Shown: positions 20,696-31,241, counted from the whole stretch's first letter. The stretch: DNA of 61,603 nucleotides, filler included, from Candidatus Delongbacteria bacterium (GCA_016937995.1; 6 parts of 6 records of this genome joined end to end with filler, not necessarily neighbours in it); one strand, 5' to 3'. Notes: generated from the sequence alone by a model not told the origin. Translations and numbers: made by a program.

Positions 20696-22228
20696 ATGGG
20701 ATACAAAGAAGTCGAGTTAAAGCTGCCGACAGATTATAATGAAGGTCAGCTGATCAGAAGGATCAGTAAAAAACTATCGATCAGGGAATTTTCATTTCAG
20801 ATAGAGAATAAAAGTCTGGATGCAAGAAAGAAGGATAACATATACTGGCTTGTAAGATGCTCTGTTATCTCAGATGAACTCAAGGAAGAAGAGCACAGGC
20901 TTAGACCTGAGATGAATATACCATATAAGAAAAAAGAGCAGAACATTATAGTCGTTGGTAGTGGACCGGGTGGATTATTCTCTGCATTAACTCTGCAGAA
21001 AGCAGGTTTTAAAGTTACAATTCTTGAACGTGGAACAGATGTTAAAAAGAGAACAAGCGGAATAATTAATTTTGAAGCTACAAGAAATTTTGATCCAATC
21101 AGCAATTATGCTTTCGGTGAAGGTGGAGCAGGAACCTTTTCTGATGGAAAACTTACTTCAAGATCTAAGCATATAAATCTTGAAAGGCAGTTTATTATTT
21201 CAAATTATATCAGTGCAGGTGCACCTGAAGAGATATCTTACATGAAGCACCCTCATCTTGGTAGTGACAATCTTAAGGTAATTGTAAAGAACCTAAGAAA
21301 AAAATTTGAAGAACTTGGCGGTAAAGTCATGTTCGAGACTGAAGTGAAAGACATAAAAACAGTGAATGGTGCTGTCACTGAAGTAATAACAAATGCGGGG
21401 AATCTTGAAGCAGACCACTTTTTCTTTGCGATCGGTCATTCAGCATATGATACTTACAAAATGTTGATAAGTAACGGGATTCAATTCAGAACAAAGAATT
21501 TTGCGATCGGTTCGAGAGTGGAGCATCCACAAAAATTGATCAATCTTGCACAATGGGGAAGAGAAGAGCTTCCGGGTGTGAAAGCAGCGGAATACAGATT
21601 GACTTCAAAAGGTCCTAATGGAGAACCTGTCTTTACTTTCTGCATGTGTCCCGGTGGAGATATCGTACCTGCAGGAGCATTCAGTAATACAAATATAGTC
21701 AACGGGATGAGCAGGTATAAAAGAAATGGGGAATATGCCAATTCTGCGGTTGTAGTCGGAGTTGACCCGAACGTTCTTCTTAAAAAAGAAGCATCAGCTA
21801 CAGAGATTTTGAACTATGTTGAATTACTTGAGAACAAATTTTATGACTTTTCTACAGAATATAAAGCTCCATTTTCAATGATAGAAGATTTTATGATCAG
21901 TAAAGAAACCGATCATATGCCATGCTCAAGCTATATTTTAGGGCTTAAGTCAGCGCCGCTCTGGGATATGTTGCCTTTTGAAATAATTGAATCTATGAGA
22001 GTAGGTCTTAAAGATTTTAGTAAGAAGCTAAAAGGTTTCGAGAAAGGTAAACTTATAGGCCTCGAGAGTAAGACATCTGCGCCTATCCAGGTTGTCAGAG
22101 AACAGAACGGTCTTTGTGCAGGATTCAGTAATCTTTATATGATCGGAGAAGGCAGTGGTTTCGCAGGCGGGATCATTTCATCTGCTGCAGACGGAATTAA
22201 AGCTGCTATGGGGTTGATGAAGAATTAA
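20696..22228 (+). CDS. FAD-dependent oxidoreductase (uncharacterised, HI0933-like)
   Basis: VVGSGPGG, FGEGGAGTFSDGKL, PHLGSD, FCMCPGG and GEGSGFAGGI. Confidence 0.88.
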   Translation: MGYKEVELKLPTDYNEGQLIRRISKKLSIREFSFQIENKSLDARKKDNIYWLVRCSVISDELKEEEHRLRPEMNIPYKKKEQNIIVVGSGPGGLFSALTLQKAGFKVTILERGTDVKKRTSGIINFEATRNFDPISNYAFGEGGAGTFSDGKLTSRSKHINLERQFIISNYISAGAPEEISYMKHPHLGSDNLKVIVKNLRKKFEELGGKVMFETEVKDIKTVNGAVTEVITNAGNLEADHFFFAIGHSAYDTYKMLISNGIQFRTKNFAIGSRVEHPQKLINLAQWGREELPGVKAAEYRLTSKGPNGEPVFTFCMCPGGDIVPAGAFSNTNIVNGMSRYKRNGEYANSAVVVGVDPNVLLKKEASATEILNYVELLENKFYDFSTEYKAPFSMIEDFMISKETDHMPCSSYILGLKSAPLWDMLPFEIIESMRVGLKDFSKKLKGFEKGKLIGLESKTSAPIQVVREQNGLCAGFSNLYMIGEGSGFAGGIISSAADGIKAAMGLMKN

Positions 22229-22276
22229 ATTCTCTCACAGAGTCACAGAGATCACGGAGAAAAAATAGTATATATA

Positions 22277-23287
22277 TTACTCACGATATCCTTTCGGGTT
22301 CATGCTCTGCCATTTCCAGGCGGAATTGACCATATCCTCAAGTCCATATTCAGCTTTCCAGCCGAGTTCGTTATTAGCCTTGGTAGGATCAGCTAGAACT
22401 TCAGCTATATCTCCTGCTCTTCTAGGACCGACTTCATAAGGAACTTCATGCCCACAGGCTTTGCTGAAAGCCTTTATCATTTCAAGGACAGTATAACCTC
22501 TTCCAGTCCCAATATTGTATATAAATGAACCTTTATCATTTGATAGTTTATCAACAGCTTTAACGTGAGCTTTTGCAAGGTCAACAATATGAATATAATC
22601 TCTGACACCTGTTCCATCAATTGTATCCCAGTCATCTCCAAAAACTATCACTTTTTCTCTGATACCGGCAGCAACCTGACTTACGAATGGTAAAAGATTT
22701 GCAGGATATTCAGGATCTTCACCGATACGACCTGATCCATGAGCTCCAACAGGATTGAAATATCTCAGGATAACAACATTCCAGTTATAAGCTTGGGCAG
22801 CATCAAGAAGTATCTGTTCCATCATAGCTTTTGTGTGACCGTAAGGATTTGTTGCACCGATTCTGGCATCTTCTTTCACAGGAGTTTCTTCAGGATCTCC
22901 GTAGACAGTTGCAGATGAACTGAAAACAAAATTCTTAACACCATATTTTTTCATAGCTTTATACAAATTTAAAGAACCTGCAATATTATTTTCGTAGTAA
23001 TCCAGAGGTTTTTCAACTGATTCACCGACAGCTTTTAAAGCTGCAAAATGAATTACAGCATCAAAATACTTTTCCTCAGCGAACATTTTATCAAGTTTAT
23101 CAACCTCTAATAGATCAATTTCGTAAAATTTTAATTTCTTTCCCGAAAGTTCTTCTACTCTCTTAACACTCTCAGGTACAGAATTGCAGAAGTTATCCAG
23201 AAGTATTAAATCATGGCCTTCTTTTAAAAGTTCTATGTTTGTATGTGAAGCTATATAACCTGCACCACCGGTGATAAGTATTTTCAT
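22277..23287 (-). CDS. galE: UDP-glucose 4-epimerase
   Basis: ITGGAGYIAS, HFAALKAVGES, FSSSATVYG, YxxxK and LRYFNPVGAH. Confidence 0.97.
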   Translation of the reverse strand: MKILITGGAGYIASHTNIELLKEGHDLILLDNFCNSVPESVKRVEELSGKKLKFYEIDLLEVDKLDKMFAEEKYFDAVIHFAALKAVGESVEKPLDYYENNIAGSLNLYKAMKKYGVKNFVFSSSATVYGDPEETPVKEDARIGATNPYGHTKAMMEQILLDAAQAYNWNVVILRYFNPVGAHGSGRIGEDPEYPANLLPFVSQVAAGIREKVIVFGDDWDTIDGTGVRDYIHIVDLAKAHVKAVDKLSNDKGSFIYNIGTGRGYTVLEMIKAFSKACGHEVPYEVGPRRAGDIAEVLADPTKANNELGWKAEYGLEDMVNSAWKWQSMNPKGYRE

Positions 23288-23403
23288 TGTATGTCCTGAT
23301 ATTGTTTAATTTGACACTTTATACTGACTAAGCTAAGGAATCGTTCGAGAAAAATCAAATATAATCTCTCACGAGGAATACAAAGGCTTGGAGTATTGTA
23401 GAG

Positions 23404-23441
23404 TTTAAGTAAGGGTCGCAGATCTGCGACCCTTACTTAAA
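23404..23441. repeat. Perfect 38-bp palindrome (REP-like)
   Basis: TTTAAGTAAGGGTCGCAGA|TCTGCGACCCTTACTTAAA in the divergent galE/YkgJ intergenic region. Confidence 0.7.
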
Positions 23442-23519
23442 TACACGTAAAAAAGCAAAAACAATATTGTAATATCCCGTACAAATCCTTATTTTTCTTA
23501 TTCTAATGGAGGAGATCAA

Positions 23520-23918
23520 ATGAGTTTCTATGATGAAGGTGTTGATTTTGAATGTAAAAGGTGCGGTAATTGCTGCACCCGATCAGGTTATGTATTTATT
23601 TTTCAAAGGGATCTGGACCTTATACTGGAGAAAACCAATTATTCAAGATCCGAACTTGAGAAAAGATATTTGTCTAAACTTGATGATTATGTAGTATTAA
23701 AAGACCAGGGTAACGGAGCATGTATATTCTGGGATGATTATATCAAAGGCTGTAAAATATATGAAGCCAGACCGACACAGTGCAGAACTTTTCCGTTCTG
23801 GAATGCTATTATGTCTGATGAGGAGAGCTGGATAAATGCTATGGAGGATTGTCCGGGAATTGGTCAGGGAAATCATTTTACATTTGAAGAGATCGAAAAA
23901 CTGAGGAAGAAAATTTAA
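23520..23918 (+). CDS. YkgJ-family cysteine-cluster (CxxCxxCC) protein
   Basis: FECKRCGNCC...CIF...GC.IYEARPTQCRTFPFW...CPGIG. Confidence 0.9.
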   Translation: MSFYDEGVDFECKRCGNCCTRSGYVFIFQRDLDLILEKTNYSRSELEKRYLSKLDDYVVLKDQGNGACIFWDDYIKGCKIYEARPTQCRTFPFWNAIMSDEESWINAMEDCPGIGQGNHFTFEEIEKLRKKI

Positions 23919-23923
23919 AACAG

Positions 23924-24046
23924 TTGACAATGGACAATTGACAATGGACAATTGACAATGGACAATGGAGAATGTCATCCTCGTGCTTGACACGGGGATC
24001 CACAAATAAATCGTTATGGATATCCGGATCAAGTCCGAATATGACA
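23924..24046 (+). repeat. GACAAT(G/T) heptamer tandem plus two REP-like hairpins
   Basis: About six GACAATG/T units; TGTCATCCTCGTGCTTGACACGGGGATCCA (23973-24002); TGGATATCCGGATCAAGTCCGAATATGACA (24017-24046). Confidence 0.7.
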
Positions 24047-24081
24047 AATATTGACTTCTAAATTTAAACATGGAGATATAT

Positions 24082-25311
24082 ATGGCAAAGAAGATCGTAA
24101 TTAAAGCAAATGTCCTTTACGATGGTAAAAAGAAAGACCTGAACAAATATATCGTTGTGGAAGGTAATAAGGTAGTTGAAGTTTCATCAAAGAAACAGAA
24201 ATTTGACTTTGAAGGTTTCGTTACACCTGCATTTATCGATGCACACTCTCACATCGGTATGTTCAGAGATGGCGAACCTATGGGTGAATCTGAAGGTAAT
24301 GATATCACAAGACAGTTTATGCCTATGAACGATCCTTTGAACAGTATCTATTTCGATGACAGAGCTTTCAAAGACGCAGTAGATTTTGGAGTTCTTTACA
24401 GCTGTGTCGTTCCGGGCAGCGGAAACTTATTGGGTGGTAGAGCAAAAGTGATCAGGCATTTCGTTGATAATGTAAAAGATGCAGAGATAAAGGATTACGG
24501 ATACAAGATGGCTCTTGGTTTCAATCCAAGATCTACTACAGACTGGAAAGGGGATAGACCTAATACACGTATGGGTGTTTATTCTATGCTTGAAGAAAAA
24601 TTTGATAAATTATTGATCAAGAAAGAAAAAGCTGAGATCACCAGAGATAAAAAGATATATGAGATAAATAAGAAGTCAAAATGCAAAGAGAAACTTTCAG
24701 CAAAAGAAATGGCATTTCAGAAGAAACAGGCAGAGAGAGAGTTTGTACTTGAGTTCGATCCGGAAGAGTTAGCTATATTAGATCTTCTTGCAGGAAAAAA
24801 GACAGCAAAGATACATGTTCACAAGGAAGATGACGTTCTTTATCTGATCAAATTAGTTAAAAAATATAAGTTAAAAGCAACTGCTGATCATACCTGTGAT
24901 GTTTTTCATAAAGAGATCTATGATGAACTTGGGAAAGCAGGAATTCCGGTTATCTTCGGTCCTCTCGGTGGAGTTGGTGGTAAAATAGAACTTGCTCATG
25001 CTTATTATCAAAATGCTTCACTTCTGATGAAATCTAAAGCTACATTTGGATTGATGACAGATCATCCTGTTATATGGACACCGAACCTTAGAGAAAGTTT
25101 AAAATATTTCCTGATCCACGGAATGACAGATGAAGAAGCTATTTCTGTGATAACATATAAGAATGCAAAACTTCTTGAGATCGATGATATACTTGGAACA
25201 GTTGAAAAAGGGAAGACCGCAAGTATTATCGTCTGGGATAAAGAACCATTGAATCTGGCAGCGTTCCCAACAATGGTCATGGCAGAAGGGAAAGTGATAA
25301 GGAAAAGATAG
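24082..25311 (+). CDS. Metal-dependent amidohydrolase (imidazolonepropionase-like)
   Basis: TPAFIDAHSHIG, VVPGSGNLLGG, TDHPV and GTVEKGKTASIIVW. Confidence 0.88.
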   Translation: MAKKIVIKANVLYDGKKKDLNKYIVVEGNKVVEVSSKKQKFDFEGFVTPAFIDAHSHIGMFRDGEPMGESEGNDITRQFMPMNDPLNSIYFDDRAFKDAVDFGVLYSCVVPGSGNLLGGRAKVIRHFVDNVKDAEIKDYGYKMALGFNPRSTTDWKGDRPNTRMGVYSMLEEKFDKLLIKKEKAEITRDKKIYEINKKSKCKEKLSAKEMAFQKKQAEREFVLEFDPEELAILDLLAGKKTAKIHVHKEDDVLYLIKLVKKYKLKATADHTCDVFHKEIYDELGKAGIPVIFGPLGGVGGKIELAHAYYQNASLLMKSKATFGLMTDHPVIWTPNLRESLKYFLIHGMTDEEAISVITYKNAKLLEIDDILGTVEKGKTASIIVWDKEPLNLAAFPTMVMAEGKVIRKR

Positions 25312-25453
25312 AACATTCAATATTCAACACGGAATGTTCAATGTTCAACCGTAGAGGACGATTTCTTTTCGTCCCCAAAACGCAATAAAAATAATGGATC
25401 CCCGTGTCAAGCACGAGGATGACAACCGTAGGGGAAGGCTCCCATGCCTTCCC
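25312..25453 (+). repeat. Heptamer repeats plus three REP-like hairpins
   Basis: 25395-25424 is the exact reverse complement of 23973-24002; GTAG REPs at 25351 and 25428. Confidence 0.7.
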
Positions 25454-25481
25454 TCATGCGATTTAAACAAAGGAGCATATT

Positions 25482-25871
25482 ATGCCAAAAGCAGAAGGAA
25501 TGACATTTGAATTTCAGGATGAAAGTGCGATCAGACCTGAATTACTTGAAACTATAGATTATAATGGTAATAAGCAGGAAATTACTTACGATACTGATGA
25601 ACTCAATGCAGTTTGCCCATTCTCCGGTCTTCCTGATTTTGGAGTTCTGAGAATTTTATATGTGCCTAAGAAAAAGCTTATTGAGCTTAAATCACTGAAG
25701 TATTATATAACTTCTTTCAGAAATGTTGGTATCTATCAGGAAGCTTTAACGAACAGGATATATAATGACCTGTTCAAGCTGCTTGATCCTGAGTATCTGA
25801 GGATCGAGACTGATTATAATACCAGAGGCGGGATCGATGCGAATTGTGTAATGGACAGTGAGATGGTGTAG
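25482..25871 (+). CDS. queF: NADPH-dependent 7-cyano-7-deazaguanine (preQ0) reductase
   Basis: E..AVCPFSGLPDFG, ELKSLKYY..SFRN.GIYQE and TRGGI. Confidence 0.93.
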   Translation: MPKAEGMTFEFQDESAIRPELLETIDYNGNKQEITYDTDELNAVCPFSGLPDFGVLRILYVPKKKLIELKSLKYYITSFRNVGIYQEALTNRIYNDLFKLLDPEYLRIETDYNTRGGIDANCVMDSEMV

Positions 25872-25891
25872 GGGCGTATCACTATACGCCC
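25868..25891 (+). repeat. GTAG REP overlapping the queF stop codon
   Basis: GTAGGGGCGTAT..ATACGCCC; its TAG is the queF stop (25869-25871). Confidence 0.7.
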
Positions 25892-26011
25892 GGAATATCC
25901 AATGTCCAACACGGAATATCTAATATTCAAGTGAGGGAACTACTTTTGTTCCCTTTTTTTTATTGTAAAAAGTAGTAAATATTTGTATATTTAAAGTACT
26001 ATTTTGGTTCT

Positions 26012-26260
26012 ATGGAAAATAATATGAAAATGAAAAGAAACATTACAAAACTATCAAATATTTCTGATTCCAAATTTGATGAAGAATTTGTAAAAGGTGA
26101 TATGCCAACCTTATTTGAAATGGTTTGGGAGATTACTTGTGACCTTTGGACTTTTTCGGGAGAAAACAATGCTGAACAGCCTATGCGAAGGGATGTTGTA
26201 AATATAATTAGGAAAAAAGATATTCTTGATGTGAAAATGCTTAAGAAATTGAAAAGATAA
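26012..26260 (+). CDS. Small hypothetical protein
   Basis: 82-aa ORF preceded by a TTGTAA-17-TATATT promoter-like sequence; no recognisable family. Confidence 0.45.
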   Translation: MENNMKMKRNITKLSNISDSKFDEEFVKGDMPTLFEMVWEITCDLWTFSGENNAEQPMRRDVVNIIRKKDILDVKMLKKLKR

Positions 26261-26413
26261 ATAATAATTCATAATTTATGATGTAGGGGACGATTCCCAT
26301 TCGTCCCCAGANNNNNNNNNNNNNNNNNNNNNNNNNNNNNNNNNNNNNNNNNNNNTTAATTAATTAANNNNNNNNNNNNNNNNNNNNNNNNNNNNNNNNN
26401 NNNNNNNNNNNGC

Positions 26414-27604
26414 ACAACAGAAGCAAAAATAAATCTGGATAACAGCAAAGACAGGGGATTATCCAGATCATTCAGTGTAACAACTTCAGCGTCAAAAGCG
26501 GGTGATCCAAATGTTTTTGAAGTAACATCAGATATTACAAATATTGCAACATATTCTACTACCATGAGAGCAGGCAGTAATGGCAGATATACAGATTTTA
26601 GTCCTGAAAATGTTTTTTTAGGCCTAAATGCTGGTTGGCAAACTGTTCCTGATACAACTCAAATTAATACAGGTCAAAGGAATGTATTCATAGGTAACAA
26701 TGCAGGATACGGTAATTCAACTGGATATGATAACATATTTGTTGGTACTAATTCAGGATATTCAATATCTACTGGACCATCCAATACAGCGATGGGAGCT
26801 TATTCACTTAGTTCAACTACCTGGGGTGGACAAAATACTGCAATTGGTTATGAGTCTATGCTTAATAGTGATCATGGCATGATGAACACTGCTCTCGGTA
26901 TGTGGTCATTGATGAATAGTGAGGACGGTAGTTACAATACATGTGTAGGAATGTACTCCGGTTATGGTAATAAGACAGGTGGTTATAATACTTCAATTGG
27001 CTATAAAAGTTATGATTCAGGATTTAATTCTGGAGGAGCTCATACTTACTGTACATTTTTAGGGAATGATGCTGATATAACAGGTGTGTCTACATATACT
27101 AATGGCACAGCTGTGGGTAATGGAGCAAAAGTATCTGCCAATGATCAGGTAAGAGTGGGAAATGTATCTGTAACCAGTATTGGAGGCTATGTAGGTTGGA
27201 CAACACTGGGCAAAAAAAGTTACTCAAAGGAAGTGAATGAAAATATAGTCGGTTTGGAATTTATAAAGAAACTAAGACCTGTATCATACGATCTTGATGT
27301 TGAGATGATAAATAAGGATCTTGGAATTGAACAAAACACAGATGATACTGATGTCAAAGGTTCCATCAACAGAAGTAAGAACTTAAAAAGATCTGGTTTT
27401 TTTGCAGAAGAAGTATTAAAAGCAGCAGAAGAAAGCGGGTATGATTTTACCGGTTTGGATAAACCCGGGAATAAAGATGATCAATACGGTCTGAGATACT
27501 CAGAATTTGTTGTTCCATTGATCAAAGCAGTGCAGGAACAACAGGAAATAATTGAAAAACTTGAAGCAAGAATAGAAGAATTAGAAATAAAAACTGACAA
27601 ATAA
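26414..27604 (+). CDS. Fibre-like paralogue 1 (5' end lost in the gap), with a degenerate peptidase S74-type chaperone C-terminus
   Basis: The frame is open back to the gap (TTEAKINLDNSKDRGLSRSFSVTTSASK); N.F.G..AG repeats; GLEFIKKLRPVSY...YSEFVVPLIKAVQEQQ. Confidence 0.85.
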   Translation, partial: TTEAKINLDNSKDRGLSRSFSVTTSASKAGDPNVFEVTSDITNIATYSTTMRAGSNGRYTDFSPENVFLGLNAGWQTVPDTTQINTGQRNVFIGNNAGYGNSTGYDNIFVGTNSGYSISTGPSNTAMGAYSLSSTTWGGQNTAIGYESMLNSDHGMMNTALGMWSLMNSEDGSYNTCVGMYSGYGNKTGGYNTSIGYKSYDSGFNSGGAHTYCTFLGNDADITGVSTYTNGTAVGNGAKVSANDQVRVGNVSVTSIGGYVGWTTLGKKSYSKEVNENIVGLEFIKKLRPVSYDLDVEMINKDLGIEQNTDDTDVKGSINRSKNLKRSGFFAEEVLKAAEESGYDFTGLDKPGNKDDQYGLRYSEFVVPLIKAVQEQQEIIEKLEARIEELEIKTDK

Positions 27605-27631
27605 ATTGATCACCGAAAAAAGGGAGAAGGA

Positions 27632-29311
27632 ATGAGACATATAATTATTTTCTTAATAATCGGAGTTTTAACAATAAGCGCAGAAACACTTTTCGAGATA
27701 AAAGATAACAGTGGCGAACCGGTATTTTCTATCTCAGATGACGGTATGCGAGTGATCAATAACGGTGATACAATGATGGTGATCAGTACAACAGAAGCAA
27801 AAATAAATCTGGATAACAGCAAAGACAGGGGATTATCCAGATCATTCAGTGTAACAACTTCAGCGTCAAAATCCGGTTATGCAAATGTATTGGAAGTTAC
27901 GACCGATTCAACTAATATTGGCACTAGATCAACAACAATGAGAGCGAATGGAGTTGGGAGGTATACAGCCTTTAGTCCGGATAACATGTTCATTGGATTG
28001 AATTCTGGCGCATCAACGACACTTGGGGTACCTGATCCGATTTATTCGGGCAGGTATAATGTTTTTTTAGGCAATGAAGCTGGTGCTAATAATACTTCAG
28101 GTTATGTAAATACTTTTACAGGATATCAGGCGGGAATGTCGAATACTACAGGTCATCATAATTCATTTTATGGTCTTCAAGCTGGTTATTTGGCAGACAC
28201 GGGTGAAAATAATTCATTTTTCGGTTTTCAAGCCGGTTATTCAGCTACTTCAGGAACAGATAATGTTTTTATCGGAACCAGAGCGGGTTATTCAAACTCA
28301 ACGGGAAGCTATAACGTAAGTATCGGTAATGATGCTGGAAAGGCCAATTCAGGTATGGGGAACGTGAATATTGGTAATGAAGCTGGTATGAGCAATGAGT
28401 CAGCATTTAATATTTTCATAGGAACCTCGGCAGGTAAAGATAATTCCAGTGGAGCTGCAAATACATTTATTGGTAATCTTGGAGGAGCGAATAATACTAC
28501 AGGTTCATACAATACATATATGGGGTGGACTGCAGGAGCTAGTAATAATGGAAGCAATAATACATTTCTAGGTACTTGGGCTGGCTGGAATGTCATTGGA
28601 GCAGATAATAATGTTTATTTAGGATATTTTACCGGAAAAGGTAATAATTACGGAGATAATAACGTTTTTATAGGAAGCAATGTTAATGTTGCAGGATCTA
28701 ATAAATTAGCAATTGACAATACTGATACAACTACACCACTGATATACGGTGATTTCTCGTCAAATGCTTTGACTGTGAATGGAACCCTAAATGTGACTGG
28801 GAACACTTCATTGGGTGGCACTCTTACAACTACGGGAAACACAGGCATAGGTGGTAATTTAACTACTACAGGCAGTGCTACAGTTCAAGGATCAATTATA
28901 ACTTATAGTAATGTGTCGTTGGCAGGGACTTTGACGACACCATCCGTATTTACAGATAATAACGGCCTTGTTATATTGAACAATCCCGGGACAGCAGCAG
29001 ATCCTACTTCCTATGTTTATCAAGGAGCACCAAGCTCTACTTCAAAAGGTTATGCATTTGCAATTAAGGATGCTCTATGGGTAACCGGACCAGTATTTGC
29101 CCCTGACGTATACTATAGAAATACTACCTACGGTAAAAAAGTCGTATATGTCGATGCAATGGGTCAATTTTGTGTGCAAAGCAAAGGTGATAGTGATGTC
29201 GCTGACAACAGAGATATTGAATTATTGAAAGAAGATAACAAAAAATTAAAAACCGAGATCGAATTATTAAAATCAGAGATAGAAGTAATTAAAATGCTTT
29301 TAAGAAAATAG
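27632..29311 (+). CDS. Fibre-like paralogue 2, with a C-terminal coiled coil
   Basis: Signal peptide, shared AETLFEIKDNSG N-terminal domain and 14-aa N.F.G..AG..N.TG repeats. Confidence 0.85.
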   Translation: MRHIIIFLIIGVLTISAETLFEIKDNSGEPVFSISDDGMRVINNGDTMMVISTTEAKINLDNSKDRGLSRSFSVTTSASKSGYANVLEVTTDSTNIGTRSTTMRANGVGRYTAFSPDNMFIGLNSGASTTLGVPDPIYSGRYNVFLGNEAGANNTSGYVNTFTGYQAGMSNTTGHHNSFYGLQAGYLADTGENNSFFGFQAGYSATSGTDNVFIGTRAGYSNSTGSYNVSIGNDAGKANSGMGNVNIGNEAGMSNESAFNIFIGTSAGKDNSSGAANTFIGNLGGANNTTGSYNTYMGWTAGASNNGSNNTFLGTWAGWNVIGADNNVYLGYFTGKGNNYGDNNVFIGSNVNVAGSNKLAIDNTDTTTPLIYGDFSSNALTVNGTLNVTGNTSLGGTLTTTGNTGIGGNLTTTGSATVQGSIITYSNVSLAGTLTTPSVFTDNNGLVILNNPGTAADPTSYVYQGAPSSTSKGYAFAIKDALWVTGPVFAPDVYYRNTTYGKKVVYVDAMGQFCVQSKGDSDVADNRDIELLKEDNKKLKTEIELLKSEIEVIKMLLRK

Positions 29312-29319
29312 GACAACAT

Positions 29320-31230
29320 ATGAGAAAGATATTTTTAGTGTCAATAGTATTATTCAGCATGCTAGGTGCTGAGACTTTATTCGAAATAAAAGATAATAGC
29401 GGTGATCCGGTATTCTCGATATCCGATGACGGGTTAAGGGTTTTCAACCTGGGTGATACACTTATGGTGATCAGTGCGTCTGAAATTAGAGCGAACCTCA
29501 GCAACAGTAAAGATAAAGGTTTGTCCAGATCATTCAGTGTGACAACATCTGCTTCAAAAGGGGACGGTAACGATCTAATGCGACTCACCCCTGACAGTAC
29601 AAGGTTCTGGATAAGTGATGCAGGAGCGGGATTTGGTGTGTCAAGCCAGACAGCTTTAAAAGAGAAGAGTGTGGCTACTAATTTTCTTAAAGTATCAAAT
29701 GTAAATACTCAGATGAGAGAAGGTGTCGGAGGAAATCAGTATACAGATTTTAGCCCTGAAAATATATTTTTAGGTTTGAATTCTGGAATAAGTACAGTTC
29801 CTGCAGGAGAAACTTCAGGCGAAAGCAATGTCTTTCTGGGGAATTTAAGTGGTGGAGTAAACGTTTCAGGGGCTGCTAATGTATTTGCCGGGTATAAATC
29901 GGGTTTTTCAAATTATAATGGGCATAAGAATTGCTTTATAGGACAGGAATCAGGATACAAAAATTATAGCGGAATTGAGAATGTTTTCATCGGCTATCAA
30001 GCTGGTTATAACAATTATGATGGAGATCGAAACGTTTTTTTGGGGTATAGATCAGGTGTTCAGAATATTTCTGGTGTGAGAAATGTTTTTATAGGTTATG
30101 AATCCGGGACAAGCAATGGAACTGGTTGGGGTAATACTTTTGTAGGAGAGGCAAGCGGTATGTCCAATACAGACGGATATGGGAATTCATATTTTGGACG
30201 TAATTCAGCAGCAAGTATTTCTACAGGAGACTATAACACTGTTATGGGGAATGAGTCTATAGCAGCAAATCAGAGTGGTAGTTTTAATTCCTGTTATGGA
30301 GCTTTTAGCGGAAAGTGGAATTATTCGTCAGGTTCTTCAAATTCATTATTTGGTTATCAGGCTGGTTATGGTGTTGCGGTAAGTTCGAATACGTATAGTA
30401 ATAACTCTTACTTCGGAACTCAGAGTGGATTTTCTACAACAACTGGATCAGATAATTCATATTTTGGTTATCAAAGTGGCTATAATAACAATACCGGAAC
30501 TGGAAATGTATTTATAGGTTATCAGGCAGGTTACAATGAAACAGGTTCAGAATTATTGTATATCGATAACTCAAGTACAACACAACCATTGATCTACGGA
30601 GATTTTGATAGTGATTATGTTAGATTTAATGCAGATATAAGTGTTAAAAACCAAACGTCATTAAATCATTTGGATGTAACTGGACAAACAGATCTTAATG
30701 GAGGGGTTAATGTAATTGGAGATGCAACGATAACTGGGACACGAGCGTCTGTTATTCATCCAATGGGACAAACAACAAATGGATTATTCATCCAATCTTC
30801 TTACAATAGCAATACTGACTCATGGCATTTTTATCAATCCACAGTAGACAACCTTACGTTGTGGTATAATACTACTTTAAGAGGAACATGGGATTTAACT
30901 TCAGGTGTCTATACCTCCTCATCAGATAAGAGATTCAAAAAAAATATAGAGGAATTAACAAAAGTGATGGATAAAGTGATGCTTCTTCAACCTAAGAGGT
31001 ATAATTTTATTTCTCAGAAAAATAATGATGGTAAGTATATCGGGCTGATAGCTCAGGAAGTCGAAAAACTGTTTCCTGAATTTGTTATGTATAACGAAGA
31101 AGCTGATGCATATACAATGGATTATGCCGGTCTAAGTGTAGTTGCAATTCAGGCTATAAAGGAGCAGCAGGAACAGATCGATAAGCTAAAATCAGAGATT
31201 GAAGAAATTAAAAATATTTTGAATAAATAG
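29320..31230 (+). CDS. Fibre-like paralogue 3, with a C-terminal peptidase S74 intramolecular chaperone domain
   Basis: Shared N-terminus and repeats; SSDKRFKKNI...LQPKRY...GLIAQEV...DYAGL..VAIQAIKEQQ. Confidence 0.88.
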   Translation: MRKIFLVSIVLFSMLGAETLFEIKDNSGDPVFSISDDGLRVFNLGDTLMVISASEIRANLSNSKDKGLSRSFSVTTSASKGDGNDLMRLTPDSTRFWISDAGAGFGVSSQTALKEKSVATNFLKVSNVNTQMREGVGGNQYTDFSPENIFLGLNSGISTVPAGETSGESNVFLGNLSGGVNVSGAANVFAGYKSGFSNYNGHKNCFIGQESGYKNYSGIENVFIGYQAGYNNYDGDRNVFLGYRSGVQNISGVRNVFIGYESGTSNGTGWGNTFVGEASGMSNTDGYGNSYFGRNSAASISTGDYNTVMGNESIAANQSGSFNSCYGAFSGKWNYSSGSSNSLFGYQAGYGVAVSSNTYSNNSYFGTQSGFSTTTGSDNSYFGYQSGYNNNTGTGNVFIGYQAGYNETGSELLYIDNSSTTQPLIYGDFDSDYVRFNADISVKNQTSLNHLDVTGQTDLNGGVNVIGDATITGTRASVIHPMGQTTNGLFIQSSYNSNTDSWHFYQSTVDNLTLWYNTTLRGTWDLTSGVYTSSSDKRFKKNIEELTKVMDKVMLLQPKRYNFISQKNNDGKYIGLIAQEVEKLFPEFVMYNEEADAYTMDYAGLSVVAIQAIKEQQEQIDKLKSEIEEIKNILNK

Positions 31231-31241
31231 GATTCCGTATT

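Noticed and set aside
23924-23969. Heptamer runs (also 48618-48659) as CRISPR arrays
   Set aside because: The units are 7 bp with no spacers, and there are no cas genes.
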